Below are positions 34,469 through 44,460 of a stretch of DNA of 44,460 bases, one piece after another. The notes beneath the pieces were generated by a model. It was given only the letters and a program-made list of their open reading frames with translations, was not told the DNA's origin and made no database searches. The stretch is from Syntrophomonadaceae bacterium (lineage in GTDB: Bacteria > Bacillota > Syntrophomonadia > Syntrophomonadales > Syntrophomonadaceae): contig JAISWS010000132.1 of assembly GCA_031270725.1 (NCBI GenBank), positions 1-44,460 of the forward strand, written 5' to 3'. Positions within the stretch are counted from its first letter, which is position 1. Every line of letters begins with the position of its first letter. A program made the position numbers and the translations under genes.

Positions 34469-35662
34469 ATGAATAATGCGGAATTGGCAGCCGTTGGGTC
34501 TGAATATGTCATGAATACATACGCGCGTTACCCTTTCGCGTTAGTGAAAGGAAAAGGCTCCAGGGTCTGGGATGCCGATGGCAGGGAATATTTGGATTTC
34601 ATAGGGGGAATTGCGGTATGTGTTTTAGGGCATTCAGACCAGAGGCTAAATAATGTTCTGCGGGAGCAGAGCGAAAAACTGTGGCATTGTTCCAACCTGT
34701 TCTGGATTGAACCTCAGATTGAACTGGCCCGGAAATTGGTTCAAAACTCTGGCCTGAGTAAAGCCTTTTTTTGCAACAGCGGCGCTGAGGCCAATGAAGC
34801 GGCGATTAAACTGGTGCGTAAATATTTTTACCGCCGCGGCGAGCAAAAACGGCGTTCCATAATTGCTTTCAGAAATAGTTTTCACGGACGTACTATGGCG
34901 GCTTTGACCGCTACCGGACAATCAAAATATCAGGAAGGCTTCGCGCCGTTAGTAGAGGGGTTTGCGTATGCTGATTTTAATGATTTAAATTCGGTGCGGG
35001 CTTTGATTAACGATGAAGCAGCAGCTGTTATGGTGGAACCTGTTCAGGGAGAAGGGGGAGTAATGCCGGCGGATACCGAATTTATGAAAGGGCTGAGGCA
35101 AATATGCGACCAGGAAGGGCTGCTGCTGGTCTTGGATGAAGTACAATGCGGAATGGGCCGGAGCGGACATTTTTTTGCCTTTCAAAAATACGGAGTGATT
35201 CCTGACATTGTTACCATTGCCAAAGGTATCGCTGGAGGATTCCCGATGGGAGCGATGTTGGCGGGAAAGCTGCCTGTCAGCGGATTTGAGCCGGGGGATC
35301 ACGCATCCACTTTTGGGGGAAACCCCTTGGGAACTGCGGTAGGAAACGCGGTGTTTGATATTGTCGGACAGGAAGATTTTTTGCGGCAAGTGCGGGCTAA
35401 AGGAAACTATTTACAAAATAAACTCCGGGAACTTAAAGACGGACGCATAATAAATCTGCGCGGACTGGGACTTATGCTGGGATTGGAGCTGAATACAAAC
35501 CATAATAAGCTGCTCGAAATATGCAGGCAAAAAGGATTGCTGCTGATTGGGGCGGGGCCTAAAGTAGTGCGCTGGGTGCCAGCGCTGAATATCAGCGAAG
35601 CGGACATAAATCAGGCGGTGGAAATATTCGCGGAGGCTTTGGCTGAATGGCCGGAAGACTGA
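34469..35662 (+). CDS. argD: acetylornithine aminotransferase
   Basis: Class III aminotransferase. Motifs are FCNSGAEANEAAIK and DEVQCGMGRSG, with the PLP-Lys context DIVTIAKGIAGG. Confidence 0.93.
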   Translation: MNNAELAAVGSEYVMNTYARYPFALVKGKGSRVWDADGREYLDFIGGIAVCVLGHSDQRLNNVLREQSEKLWHCSNLFWIEPQIELARKLVQNSGLSKAFFCNSGAEANEAAIKLVRKYFYRRGEQKRRSIIAFRNSFHGRTMAALTATGQSKYQEGFAPLVEGFAYADFNDLNSVRALINDEAAAVMVEPVQGEGGVMPADTEFMKGLRQICDQEGLLLVLDEVQCGMGRSGHFFAFQKYGVIPDIVTIAKGIAGGFPMGAMLAGKLPVSGFEPGDHASTFGGNPLGTAVGNAVFDIVGQEDFLRQVRAKGNYLQNKLRELKDGRIINLRGLGLMLGLELNTNHNKLLEICRQKGLLLIGAGPKVVRWVPALNISEADINQAVEIFAEALAEWPED

Positions 35663-35689
35663 CGTTACCAAAAAGGCGGGAGGGAAAAA

Positions 35690-36631
35690 ATGAAAGGCTT
35701 AACTAACATTATGAGACAGCGTGATTTTATATCGCTGCATGATTTTACTACCGAAGAAATTAAGGTTTTACTGGATGTGGCCGGTGAATTAAAGCGAATG
35801 CGGAAATTAGGTATAGCTCATCCTTATCTGCAGGGGAAAACTTTAGCTATGATTTTTCAAAAATCATCCACCCGTACCCGGGTGGCTTTTGAAGTAGGGA
35901 TGTATCAGCTGGGAGGATACGCGTTGTTTTTAAATCCCCAGGATACCCAGCTGGGGCGGGGAGAAGCAGTAAAAGATACGGCAATGGTGCTTTCGCGCAT
36001 GGCTGACGGAATTATGATTCGTACTTTTGTCCATGAAGAAGTGCTGGAGCTGGCGCGTTGGGCGGATATACCCGTTATTAACGGGTTAACCGATCTGTTG
36101 CATCCTACTCAGGTTTTGGGAGATATGCTGACCATTAAAGAGCGTAAAGGAAAATTGCAGGGCCTTAAATTGGCTTTTTTAGGCGATGGTAACAATGTGG
36201 CGCACAGTTTGTTGTTCGGCGGTGCGAAAGTGGGGATGGACGTGGTTATTTCCTCACCGGAAGGCTTTGAGCCTGATAAAAACATTTTAGCGTCAGCCAA
36301 AGAAGACGCGTTGAAAACCAAAAGCGTCCTGACTATCGAAAAAGATCCGCAAAAAGCGGTCGCCGGAGCTGATGTGGTGTATACTGATGTTTGGGCCAGC
36401 ATGGGACAGGAAAACGTGGCCGATGATAAAGAAAAACACTTTGCGGATTATCAGCTTAACAGCAAATTGCTTAATTTAGCCAAACCGGACGCTATTGTTC
36501 TTCATTGCCTGCCGGCTAAGCGCGGCAAGGAAATAACCGATGAAGTAATGGACGGACCGCAGTCGGCTGTTATTGATGAGGCGGAAAACCGCTTGCATGC
36601 CCATAAGGCGATTATGGCTCTGCTTATGTAG
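35690..36631 (+). CDS. argF: ornithine carbamoyltransferase
   Basis: Motifs [18 protein letters not shown] and HCLPA. Confidence 0.93.
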   Translation: MKGLTNIMRQRDFISLHDFTTEEIKVLLDVAGELKRMRKLGIAHPYLQGKTLAMIFQKSSTRTRVAFEVGMYQLGGYALFLNPQDTQLGRGEAVKDTAMVLSRMADGIMIRTFVHEEVLELARWADIPVINGLTDLLHPTQVLGDMLTIKERKGKLQGLKLAFLGDGNNVAHSLLFGGAKVGMDVVISSPEGFEPDKNILASAKEDALKTKSVLTIEKDPQKAVAGADVVYTDVWASMGQENVADDKEKHFADYQLNSKLLNLAKPDAIVLHCLPAKRGKEITDEVMDGPQSAVIDEAENRLHAHKAIMALLM

Positions 36632-36648
36632 GAACAGGAGGAAAAATA

Positions 36649-37866
36649 ATGCAAAAAATAGTTTTAGCATATTCAGGAGGTTTGGATACTTCCATCATCA
36701 TTCCCTGGTTAAAGGAAAATTACGGTTATGAAGTTATAGCCTTTTGCGCTGATTTAGGGCAAGGGGAGGAATTAGCGCCTTTACGCGAAAAAGCTCTGAA
36801 AACAGGCGCCGCTAAAATATATATTGAAGATTTAAGGGAAGAATTTATAAGCGAGTATATTTTCCCGGTTCTGAAAGCGGGAGCGGTTTATGAGAAAAAA
36901 TATCTTTTAGGAACGTCGTTTGCCAGGCCGCTTATCGCTAAAAAAATGGTGGAGATTGCCCGCGAGGAAAACGCCGCAGCGATATGTCACGGCGCTACCG
37001 GAAAAGGCAACGACCAGGTCAGGTTTGAATTAACGGTTAAGGCTTTGGCGCCGGATTTGAAAATAATAGCACCCTGGCGGGAATGGAATATACGTTCGCG
37101 GGAAGACGCGATAGATTTTGCGGTTAAACATGGAATAGACATTCCGGTGACTAAAGAAAAAATCTACAGCAGGGATCGCAATATCTGGCATATTTCCCAT
37201 GAAGGGGGAGACCTGGAGGATCCGGCCAACGCGCCGCGGGATGATCTTTATGTACTGACGGTTCCCCCCGCGAAAGCTCCGGATACGGAAACCTACGTGG
37301 AAATAGATTTTATTCAGGGAACTCCCGTAGCTTTAGACGGTAAAAAAATGTCTCCCTTATCCTTGATGGCTGAATTAAACGTATTAGGCGGAGCCAACGG
37401 CGTAGGAATCGTAAGCTTAGTTGAAAACAGGCTGGTAGGCATGAAATCCCGCGGAGTTTATGAAACCCCGGGAGGGACTATTTTATACGCGGCGCATAAT
37501 GAATTGGAAAGTCTTACTTTAGACCGGCGGACTTTGCATCTCAAAGAACAGCTGGCCATTAATTATGCGGAATTGGTTTACGACGGCAATTGGTTTAGTA
37601 AAGTCAAAGCTGCCTTAGACGCTTTTGTGGAAGAAACCCAGCGCAATGTGAGCGGTACGGTCAGAATGTGTCTGTTTAAAGGAAGTTGTACAGCGGCGGG
37701 GGTAAAATCACCGTATTCATTATATAATACAGAATTGGCTACCTTTGGCGCTGATGAAATATACAGCCAAAAGGACGCGGAAGGTTTTATTAACCTTTTT
37801 GGTTTGCCGCTGAAAGTACAAGCGCTTTTGGAGCAGAATTTGAAAAAGCGGGCATATACAGATTAA
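36649..37866 (+). CDS. argG: argininosuccinate synthase
   Basis: [12 protein letters not shown]-binding motif. Length is 405 aa. Confidence 0.95.
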   Translation: MQKIVLAYSGGLDTSIIIPWLKENYGYEVIAFCADLGQGEELAPLREKALKTGAAKIYIEDLREEFISEYIFPVLKAGAVYEKKYLLGTSFARPLIAKKMVEIAREENAAAICHGATGKGNDQVRFELTVKALAPDLKIIAPWREWNIRSREDAIDFAVKHGIDIPVTKEKIYSRDRNIWHISHEGGDLEDPANAPRDDLYVLTVPPAKAPDTETYVEIDFIQGTPVALDGKKMSPLSLMAELNVLGGANGVGIVSLVENRLVGMKSRGVYETPGGTILYAAHNELESLTLDRRTLHLKEQLAINYAELVYDGNWFSKVKAALDAFVEETQRNVSGTVRMCLFKGSCTAAGVKSPYSLYNTELATFGADEIYSQKDAEGFINLFGLPLKVQALLEQNLKKRAYTD

Positions 37867-37940
37867 AAATGTTATGATATAAGCATAAAATTAAAAAAAT
37901 GTTGTTTATATTTAATTATATTCAAAAAAGGAGACAATCA

Positions 37941-38408
37941 ATGAGCGAAAAAAACGCGATTACTATCAGTCAGATAATGATGCCGTATCAGGCTAATATT
38001 GCCGGTAATGTTCATGGCGGCGAAATACTTAAAATCATGGATAATGTGGCGGGAGCGGCAGCGGGAAAATATTCCAGATCCAATGTGGTCACTGCTCGTG
38101 TGGATGAAGTCCAGTTTTTATTACCGATATACGTGGGGGCTTTTTTAAGCTGCACGGGTAAGGTTGTTTATGTGGGAAATAGCTCTATAGAAGTAATGGT
38201 AAGCGTTGACGTGGAAGATTTGAATACGGAAGATGAGCCTAGGAAAGCTTTAAGCGCTTTTTTTACGATGGTGGCTTTGGACCGCTCAGGCAGGCCGAAA
38301 AAAGTAACCCCTTTGATACCTGGAACCGATGAAGAAAAAGAATTATTTGAAATTGCGAGAAAAAAGCATCAGGACATAAAGATAAAGAAGAAAAAGGATT
38401 ACAGCTAA
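37941..38408 (+). CDS. acyl-CoA thioesterase (hotdog fold)
   Basis: ATG 37941 follows AAAGGAG. The sequence ...QIMMPYQANIAGNVHGGEILKIMDNVAG is the hotdog thioesterase motif. Confidence 0.85.
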   Translation: MSEKNAITISQIMMPYQANIAGNVHGGEILKIMDNVAGAAAGKYSRSNVVTARVDEVQFLLPIYVGAFLSCTGKVVYVGNSSIEVMVSVDVEDLNTEDEPRKALSAFFTMVALDRSGRPKKVTPLIPGTDEEKELFEIARKKHQDIKIKKKKDYS

Positions 38409-38431
38409 ACATGACGTGTTCTGGGCGTTTA

Positions 38432-38453
38432 GCGGAAAGCTATTGTTTTCCGC
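38432..38453 (+). terminator. 7-bp hairpin after the arg-thioesterase unit (no U-run)
   Basis: GCGGAAA-GCTATTGT-TTTCCGC. It is followed by GGGAGG rather than Ts, so a terminator role is doubtful. Confidence 0.25.
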
Positions 38454-38777
38454 GGGAGGTTTAAAGAAATAATAGAAGCGTTGAATTCGTTAAAAGGCAA
38501 ACTTAAATTGTTGGATTTAATGAAATTCAAGTCTTCGGTTATGGTATCAACATGCCTGGAAAAGCTTTCAGGCGCGCCCCGAAAACCAAAAAATTATTAA
38601 GGTGCGATGGCTGCTGCTAATTTTATTTTACATAGAAATTACTAAATAATTAATATAATATATTGATTGAGGGAATAAGGTAATAAGGCCTTAATAATTA
38701 TTAAAATATGGCAAAACAAACAGTAATCTCAGTTTTTGTGTGATTGCTAATAATCCTTAGCGGGGTAACATTATGAT

Positions 38778-38818
38778 GAAGCGATTGAACAACATTAAGT
38801 TTGTTTTAACGCTTTTTT
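38778..38818 (+). terminator. intrinsic terminator inside the metA leader (attenuator or riboswitch expression-platform candidate)
   Basis: GAAGCGATTGAACAAC-ATTAA-GTTTGTTTTAACGC forms an imperfect stem of about 13 bp and is followed by TTTTTT. It ends 80 nt upstream of the metA ATG. Confidence 0.5.
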
Positions 38819-38897
38819 ATAAGAAAAACCTTTATGGAATACAGCTTGCCGGAATAGCTGATATGCTTATCAGGCGGGAAAGGAGTGTATTGATAAT

Positions 38898-39815
38898 ATG
38901 CCGGTCAAGGTATTGGAAAATCTGCCTGCTAAAAAAATACTGGAGAGCGAAGGCGTTTTTATTATAACTACAGAAAGAGCCGAACATCAGGATATCAGAC
39001 CTTTAAAGATACTCATTTTAAACCTGATGCCTGAAAAAACGGAAACAGAAGTGCAGCTGCTGCGGTTGCTGGCTAATTCTCCATTACAAATGGAAGTCGA
39101 ACTGCTGCAGGCTGCTACACATATAACCAAAAATACGGCCGCGGAATACCTGGATCAGTTTTATACTACTTTTGACGAGGTCAGAAATCAAAAATTTGAC
39201 GGGATGATCATAACGGGAGCGCCGGTAGAGCTGATGCCTTTTGAAGAAGTGGATTACTGGCAGGAACTGAGCACTATATTGGAATGGAGCAAAAAAAATG
39301 TTTTTTCGGTTTTGCACATTTGCTGGGGTGCTTTAGCCGGATTATACTATCATTACGGAGTTGAAAAATATGCGCTGCATAATAAGATGTCCGGAGTTTT
39401 TAAACATAAGACCCTGATAAAAGAACATCCTCTTTTAAGAGGATTTGACGATGTTTTTTACGCTCCGCATTCACGTAACAGCGATGTTAAAAGAGAAAAC
39501 ATAGAAGAGGTTGCGGAACTGGAGCTTTTGGCGTATTCCGATGAAGCCGGAGTTTATTTAGTAGCCAGCAAAAACAAACGGCAGGTTTTTGTATTCGGAC
39601 ATGGCGAGTATGATAGGGAAACTTTGGCCAATGAATATTCCCGGGATATAAAGAACGGTTTGAATCCGGAAATACCCAAACATTATTTCCCGTCGGATAA
39701 TCCGGGCAAATCGCCTGACACTAATTGGCGCAGTCACGGAAATATGCTTTTCGCCAACTGGCTTAATTACTTTATTTATCAGGAGACTCCGTATGACCTC
39801 GATGAAATTTGTTAA
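38898..39815 (+). CDS. metA: homoserine O-acyltransferase (MetA family)
   Basis: [11 protein letters not shown]...[22 protein letters not shown], with the catalytic Cys context LHICWGA. Confidence 0.93.
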   Translation: MPVKVLENLPAKKILESEGVFIITTERAEHQDIRPLKILILNLMPEKTETEVQLLRLLANSPLQMEVELLQAATHITKNTAAEYLDQFYTTFDEVRNQKFDGMIITGAPVELMPFEEVDYWQELSTILEWSKKNVFSVLHICWGALAGLYYHYGVEKYALHNKMSGVFKHKTLIKEHPLLRGFDDVFYAPHSRNSDVKRENIEEVAELELLAYSDEAGVYLVASKNKRQVFVFGHGEYDRETLANEYSRDIKNGLNPEIPKHYFPSDNPGKSPDTNWRSHGNMLFANWLNYFIYQETPYDLDEIC

Positions 39816-40168
39816 GGAAAACTGCCTTGAAGAATATCCTCCGAAATAGCCAAAATAGCGAGCAAAACGCTGAAAAGGATTATTTTTTAATGTTTAAACT
39901 ATTGTATATTTAAGCTTAAATAGCCGATAATAATACAATAAAAATTAAACTCTTTAAGCGGGATTTTGAAATATTTTGCTGAGGAAGTGAAAGTTAAAAT
40001 GCTTAGGGTAATTAAATAATGAGGAGGTCTCTGATAACTGACGGCGTGCCGAAGATGTACGGTGGGGGTTATCGTTATTAGAGGTTTCCTGATGAATAAA
40101 TTATCTTTATCCTTGAAAAACAGGGATGACGGCGGCAAATGCTTGAAAAAACAGAAAAAAGTTTGCTA

Positions 40169-40197
40169 TTCACATATTAAGGTATTTTTAGTATAAT
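40169..40197 (+). promoter_or_regulatory. sigma-A-type promoter
   Basis: TTCACA (40169-40174), a 17-nt spacer, then TATAAT (40192-40197). It lies 42 nt upstream of the GTG start. Confidence 0.5.
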
Positions 40198-40239
40198 AAT
40201 CGTGTAAAAAAGGGAAATAAACTGAAAGGGGCAGATAAA

Positions 40240-40983
40240 GTGTTTAGAAAAGCGAGAGGTTTTGTGGCAGGGATACTGACGGGGGTGTTTTTAGTAACCT
40301 CGATAAGCGCGGCGTGGGGAGATTCAGTCGGAAGAACCATAACGGCTTATTACAATAACATTAAAATATATGTGGACGGTAAATTAATAAATCCTTTGGA
40401 CGGCAGCGGCAAGCCGGCGGAACCGTTTATTTATGATGGTACTACTTATTTACCGGTACGGGCCATAGGCGAGGCTTTAGGGCAGAATGTTACATGGGAT
40501 GGAGATACGCAAAGCATTTACATAGGGCAAAAGCCGCTGACGGAAGTTCCTAAAGTGTGGATTAACGATATGAATTCATCCAGTGCGGATGTTTATGAGC
40601 TGAGAGCCTGGACAGCCAGTAAAAAAGACAACACCGGCAAAACATATGCTCACGGAGGCTTGCAGATAACTTCCAAGGGAAGAAGCAGCGGGGCGGAAAA
40701 TATAACCTATAAGCTGAATTCTGATTATATTTCATTTTCCGGAACGTTGGTTTTGGCGAATGATTATAAAGACACTGACTGCAGTACCGTAGTAAGAATA
40801 TACGGGGATGACAAACTGCTCTATACCAGTCCGGAAATAATTAAAGGTTCGCAGCCAACTGACTTTAAAGTAAATGTTGAAAGAGTTATGAATTTGAAAA
40901 TTGAAATAAAAACGGAAAATCTGCAAAGAAGCAATTATTCGGGTGTCACACAAATCGGCATTGTTGAGGCCGGGTTGAAATAG
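40240..40983 (+). CDS. secreted protein: copper-amine-oxidase N-terminal (stalk) domain plus an NPCBM-like C-terminal domain
   Basis: GTG start with a signal or anchor sequence (FVAGILTGVFLVTSISAAWG). IKIYVDGKLI...PFIYDGTTYLPVRAIGEALGQNVTWDGDTQSIYI is Cu_amine_oxidN1-like. The C-terminal pattern (ITYKLNSDYISFSGTL...VRIYGDDKLLYTSP) is NPCBM-like but unverified. Confidence 0.75.
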   Translation: MFRKARGFVAGILTGVFLVTSISAAWGDSVGRTITAYYNNIKIYVDGKLINPLDGSGKPAEPFIYDGTTYLPVRAIGEALGQNVTWDGDTQSIYIGQKPLTEVPKVWINDMNSSSADVYELRAWTASKKDNTGKTYAHGGLQITSKGRSSGAENITYKLNSDYISFSGTLVLANDYKDTDCSTVVRIYGDDKLLYTSPEIIKGSQPTDFKVNVERVMNLKIEIKTENLQRSNYSGVTQIGIVEAGLK

Positions 40984-41018
40984 AAGAAGCTACGCGCAAC
41001 AGGATTTTATGAATAGAT

Positions 41019-41062
41019 GAGCGAGCAATATTTTATAATAATGCTCGCTTTACTGCTTTTTT
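41019..41062 (+). terminator. rho-independent terminator
   Basis: GAGCGAGCA (41019-41027) pairs with TGCTCGCTT (41042-41050). It is followed by TACTGCTTTTTT. Confidence 0.6.
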
Positions 41063-41174
41063 ATCATATTTTACAGGAAAAAAGAGTGTTTCTTCAATTA
41101 GCGTTAAAAAGTATTAAACTAATGCTTATAATACTTTGAGGGCAGTGGATTAATATTAATAAAGGAGAGAGCGC

Positions 41175-41798
41175 ATGATTTATCAGGGAATATATAATAG
41201 TTTATTGGCTCAGAAGCTTATTGGTGAGTTCGCAAAACGTAATATAGAAGGTTTTTATTGTGAAAACAGGCAAGCCGCTGTAGAGAAGATATTGGAAATC
41301 ATTCCGGAAAGTGAAACTGTATCTTGCGGAGGGTCGCAGACTTTGCGCGAATTAGGTTTACATGAAATATTAAAAGAAAAGCGCTATAATTTCCTGGATC
41401 CGGATGATGCGCAAGGAGGTTCGGCCAAAGACGAAATAGCCCACCAGGCTCTGGCGGCTGATTACTTTTTAATGAGCGCTAACGCCGTATCAATGTCAGG
41501 AGAACTAGTAAACGTAGACGGATATGGGAACAGAGTGGCTGCTCTTATTTTCGGGCCTAAACATGTGCTGGTTATAGCCGGTTTAAATAAAGTTGAGCCT
41601 GATCTTGCAACGGCTGTACTTCGTGTGAAAAATTTCGCGGCTCCGCTGTGTATGTTATTGTTCAAGCAGGATTATGTGTCTTATGATGAATTGGCTCAGG
41701 CTGCCGCTGAAGCGTGCCGGCAGATGGTAATAACCAGGTCGGCGCCGATACAAGGACGGATAAAGGTAATTTTAGTGGGTGAGAATTTAGGTTTTTAA
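41175..41798 (+). CDS. LUD-domain (lactate utilization LutC/YkgG-like) protein
   Basis: 207 aa. ...VSCGGSQTL.ELG...FLMSANAVSMSGELVNVDGYGNRVAALIFGP..V.VIAGLNK matches the LUD_dom pattern. Confidence 0.8.
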   Translation: MIYQGIYNSLLAQKLIGEFAKRNIEGFYCENRQAAVEKILEIIPESETVSCGGSQTLRELGLHEILKEKRYNFLDPDDAQGGSAKDEIAHQALAADYFLMSANAVSMSGELVNVDGYGNRVAALIFGPKHVLVIAGLNKVEPDLATAVLRVKNFAAPLCMLLFKQDYVSYDELAQAAAEACRQMVITRSAPIQGRIKVILVGENLGF

Positions 41799-41935
41799 TG
41801 AAAAATTCTGTCACCATAAGTTATATAAAAGAAATATAATTATAAATAAGGGATTATAATATAAAGAAATTAAATCAGCTTAATGAACAAGAACAGGCTG
41901 GAAAACCAGTTAACTATAAGAGTTAGTTATAATTG

Positions 41936-41964
41936 TTGACAGCTGATAAAATTAGTGTTATATT
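41936..41964 (+). promoter_or_regulatory. sigma-A-type promoter with an extended -10 element, for nifS-nifU
   Basis: TTGACA (41936-41941), a 17-nt spacer ending in TGT, then TATATT (41959-41964). Confidence 0.55.
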
Positions 41965-42022
41965 TCCAACCAATACATACTGTACATATAGATTATATAA
42001 GAATTAAATGGAGGCGAATCAA

Positions 42023-43195
42023 ATGAAGGTATATGCTGATAATGCAGCGACGACAGTTGTCAGTAAGGAAGTTGTGAACGCTATGCTGCCTTGCTTTACC
42101 AAAATATATGGGAACCCTTCCAGTGTCCATACTATAGGGCAAGAGGCGGCCATAGAGCTGGAAAATGCGCGCAGTACAATAGGAAAATGGCTTAATGCTG
42201 AACCCAGAGAAATATTTTTTACTTCAGGAGGAACCGAAGCGGATAACTGGGCTATCCAAAATGCCGCCGCTATTGGCGCTAAAAAGAATAAACGTCATAT
42301 AATTTCCAGTAGATTCGAGCATCATGCGGTGTTGCACACTTTGAACAAACTGGAAAAACAAGGTTTCGAAATACAGTTGCTGGAAGTTTACAATGACGGA
42401 TTGGTCAGGCCCGAGGATTTACAATCGGCGTTAAGGGAAGATACAGCCTTGGTAACCATTATGTACGCCAATAATGAAATAGGCACCGTCCAGCCTATTT
42501 CACAGCTGGGTAAAATATGCCGCGATCATGGGGTTATTTTTCATACGGACGCGGTTCAGGCAGTAGGACATGTGCCGATAGACGTTAAAGAAGAGTTTAT
42601 TGACTTGCTTTCACTTTCAGCCCATAAGTTTCACGGACCTAAAGGAGTAGGGGCCTTGTACTGCCGTAAAGGGCTTCCGCTGAATGTTTTTATTGAAGGC
42701 GGAGCGCAGGAACGGGGAAAACGGGGCGGGACCGAAAATATTCCTTCTATCGTAGGGATGGCGGTAGCTTTGGAACAAATAAGCCGTAACATGGAGCGGA
42801 ACAGCGATAAAGTTTTTGCTTTGCATAACACTTTGATTGAGGCTTTAAGCGCTATACCCCGCAGCCGTTTAAACGGCAGCAGAGAAAAAAGGCTGCCGGG
42901 GATTGTTAATTTTTGCTTTGAAGGGATTGAAGGAGAAGCTATGCTTTTGATGCTGGATGCGTTGGGTATATGCGCTTCGTCAGGCTCCGCCTGCACTTCG
43001 GGCTCCTTAGATCCCAGCCATGTACTCCTGGCCCTGGGGCTGCCTCATGAAATAGCACATGGTTCTTTACGAATGTCGTTTAGCGAGTATAATAATAAAG
43101 AGGAAGTAGATTATATTATTGAAAAATTGCCGCCGATAATTCAACGACTGCGTAGTATGTCGCCGGTGTGGGAAAAAATTGAAAGGGGAGAATAA
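42023..43195 (+). CDS. nifS: cysteine desulfurase (NifS/IscS type)
   Basis: ATG 42023 lies 8 nt after GGAGG. The PLP-Lys context is [12 protein letters not shown] and the active-site Cys context is SSGSACTSG. Confidence 0.93.
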   Translation: MKVYADNAATTVVSKEVVNAMLPCFTKIYGNPSSVHTIGQEAAIELENARSTIGKWLNAEPREIFFTSGGTEADNWAIQNAAAIGAKKNKRHIISSRFEHHAVLHTLNKLEKQGFEIQLLEVYNDGLVRPEDLQSALREDTALVTIMYANNEIGTVQPISQLGKICRDHGVIFHTDAVQAVGHVPIDVKEEFIDLLSLSAHKFHGPKGVGALYCRKGLPLNVFIEGGAQERGKRGGTENIPSIVGMAVALEQISRNMERNSDKVFALHNTLIEALSAIPRSRLNGSREKRLPGIVNFCFEGIEGEAMLLMLDALGICASSGSACTSGSLDPSHVLLALGLPHEIAHGSLRMSFSEYNNKEEVDYIIEKLPPIIQRLRSMSPVWEKIERGE

Positions 43196-43198
43196 CCT

Positions 43199-43612
43199 GT
43201 GGCTTACAGTAAAATAGTTATGGATCATTTCGAGAATCCGCGGAATGTTGGTAAAATTATGGATGCCGATGGAATAGGAGAGGTTGGTAATGCTGTTTGC
43301 GGCGATATAATGAAAATATATCTTAAAATTGAAGATGATACTATCTCGGATGTGAAGTTTAATACATTTGGGTGCGGCGCCGCTATCGCGGCCAGTTCTA
43401 TGACTACCGAACTGATTAAGGGAAAGACGGTAGACCAGGCTCTGCAGTTGACTAATAAGGCGGTGATGGAGGCATTGGACGGATTGCCGCCAGTTAAGCA
43501 CCATTGCTCGGTTTTAGCGGAAGAAGCAGTTAAAGCCGCTATTGACGATTATTATAAAAAGCATAATAACAAAGAGGTTTGCGGCGCCAGTACCTGCGCT
43601 ACCGGCAAATGA
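43199..43612 (+). CDS. nifU: Fe-S cluster assembly scaffold (NifU N-terminal/IscU-like)
   Basis: GTG start 3 nt after the nifS stop. The three scaffold Cys residues lie in GNAVCGD, FGCGAAIA and KHHCS. Confidence 0.93.
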   Translation: MAYSKIVMDHFENPRNVGKIMDADGIGEVGNAVCGDIMKIYLKIEDDTISDVKFNTFGCGAAIAASSMTTELIKGKTVDQALQLTNKAVMEALDGLPPVKHHCSVLAEEAVKAAIDDYYKKHNNKEVCGASTCATGK

Positions 43613-43788
43613 TCAGATATTTATTTGACGTATTGAACGAAGCGTCCGGAGGCTTTTCGTTTAATACGGTGTTTTTTCATAAATCATGGAAAAAATTAAT
43701 GGATTGATTATGAAATTGACGTGAAATAACAGGATAAATATTTTTATATTAAGAATATCGGCGGTCTGAAAAAGGAGCATAATTTATA

Positions 43789-44460
43789 TTGGATGTTAAA
43801 GAGCATGTCAATAAGCTTAAAGCTGAAAGAAACGCGGTCATATTAGCTCATTATTATCAGAGTCTGGAAGTTCAGGATGTGGCGGATCAGGTTGGCGATT
43901 CCTATGCTTTGGCTAAAATGGCGCAATCAGCCCGCCAGGATGTTATTGTTCTTTGCGGGGTGCGTTTTATGGCTGAAAGCGCTAAAATATTGAACCCGGA
44001 TAAAACCGTTTATTTGCCGGCTTCCGCCGCCGGCTGTCCGATGGCGGATATGATTGAACCGGACGATGTCATAAGCCTGAGAGAACAATATCCTGATGCT
44101 GCTGTAGTTTGTTACGTGAATTCTTCGGCGGCGGTCAAAGCAGTAAGTGATATTTGCTGCACCTCTTCTTCAGCGGAAAGGATTGTGCGTTCGTTGCCGC
44201 AGCGGCGGATTATTTTTATTCCCGATCAAAACCTTGGTTCATACATAGCAAAATTAGTCCTGGATAAAGAGATTATACTGTTTCCGGGCTATTGCCCTAC
44301 TCATCATCGCATTGTAGCCGCTGACGCTGAAGCGGCCAGAAACGAGCATCCAAACGCCAGAATACTGGCCCATCCGGAATGCCGTGAGGACGTACTTGCC
44401 TACGCTGCTTATATCGGCAGTCCGGCCGGTATTGTAGAGCAGGCGTGTAACAGCGCGGAC
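43789..44460 (+). CDS. nadA: quinolinate synthase, 5' part (open to the window edge)
   Basis: TTG 43789 (RBS AAAGGAG 43771-43777). The frame stays open for 224 codons to nt 44460. ...ILAHYYQ...VQD.AD.VGDS..LA......D.IV.CGV.FMAESAKIL.P.K are NadA motifs. It is not in the ORF track because no stop is reached. Confidence 0.9.
   Translation, partial: MDVKEHVNKLKAERNAVILAHYYQSLEVQDVADQVGDSYALAKMAQSARQDVIVLCGVRFMAESAKILNPDKTVYLPASAAGCPMADMIEPDDVISLREQYPDAAVVCYVNSSAAVKAVSDICCTSSSAERIVRSLPQRRIIFIPDQNLGSYIAKLVLDKEIILFPGYCPTHHRIVAADAEAARNEHPNARILAHPECREDVLAYAAYIGSPAGIVEQACNSAD

Noticed and set aside
32507-36670. Antisense ORFs within the arg genes (for example 32507-33037 and 34985-35389)
   Set aside because: They are shadows of well-supported plus-strand biosynthetic genes.
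38640-38780. SAM-I (S-box) riboswitch upstream of metA
   Set aside because: I looked for it because it is expected here. The core motifs (GGCCC/ATGA kink-turn, GCAACC, GGTGCTAA, closing GATAAG) are absent, and only GAGGGA and a GCTAATAATCC-like stretch are present. I reported the region as an unclassified leader rather than an S-box.
38773-38967. 64-aa ORF overlapping the metA start
   Set aside because: It runs through the leader terminator and out-of-frame into metA. It has no RBS.
39899-40138. 79-aa minus-strand ORF in the metA-downstream gap
   Set aside because: It is an AT-rich, low-complexity translation with no RBS. I reported the region as a possible structured or non-coding element instead.

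Overview
This is a chromosomal segment from a low-to-moderate GC, endospore-forming Firmicute with Clostridia/Negativicutes-like gene order. From nt 1 to about 15.0 kb it carries the distal part of the S10-spc-alpha ribosomal supercluster: rpsQ' rplN rplX rplE rpsN rpsH rplF rplR rpsE rpmD rplO secY adk, then a KOW protein with no map gene, then infA rpmJ rpsM rpsK rpsD rpoA rplQ. These are followed by ecfA1-ecfA2-ecfT, truA, rplM-rpsI and cwlD. From about 15.0 to 31.0 kb lies a mosaic accessory region of uneven composition. It contains: (1) a DNRLRE-like protein with a His/Asp/Cys/Gly tandem-repeat insert; (2) a minus-strand cluster of secreted or membrane proteins built from a triplicated module of about 190 aa; (3) a TetR plus ABC-2 exporter operon; (4) a group II intron RT relic; (5) a toxin-first PIN pair and a decayed PIN paralog; (6) an SLH fragment; (7) a second ABC-2 exporter; (8) a flavoprotein; and (9) a two-gene operon encoding an unknown protein plus a GIY-YIG-like protein. 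From about 31.0 to 44.5 kb it carries argCJBDFG plus a thioesterase, metA behind a long leader that contains a terminator, a Cu-amine-oxidase-N/NPCBM-like wall protein, a LUD-domain protein, nifS-nifU and the 5' part of nadA. I saw no rRNA, tRNA, CRISPR array or intact mobile element. All calls come from reading the translations and sequence by eye. Family names are recollections that need HMM confirmation.
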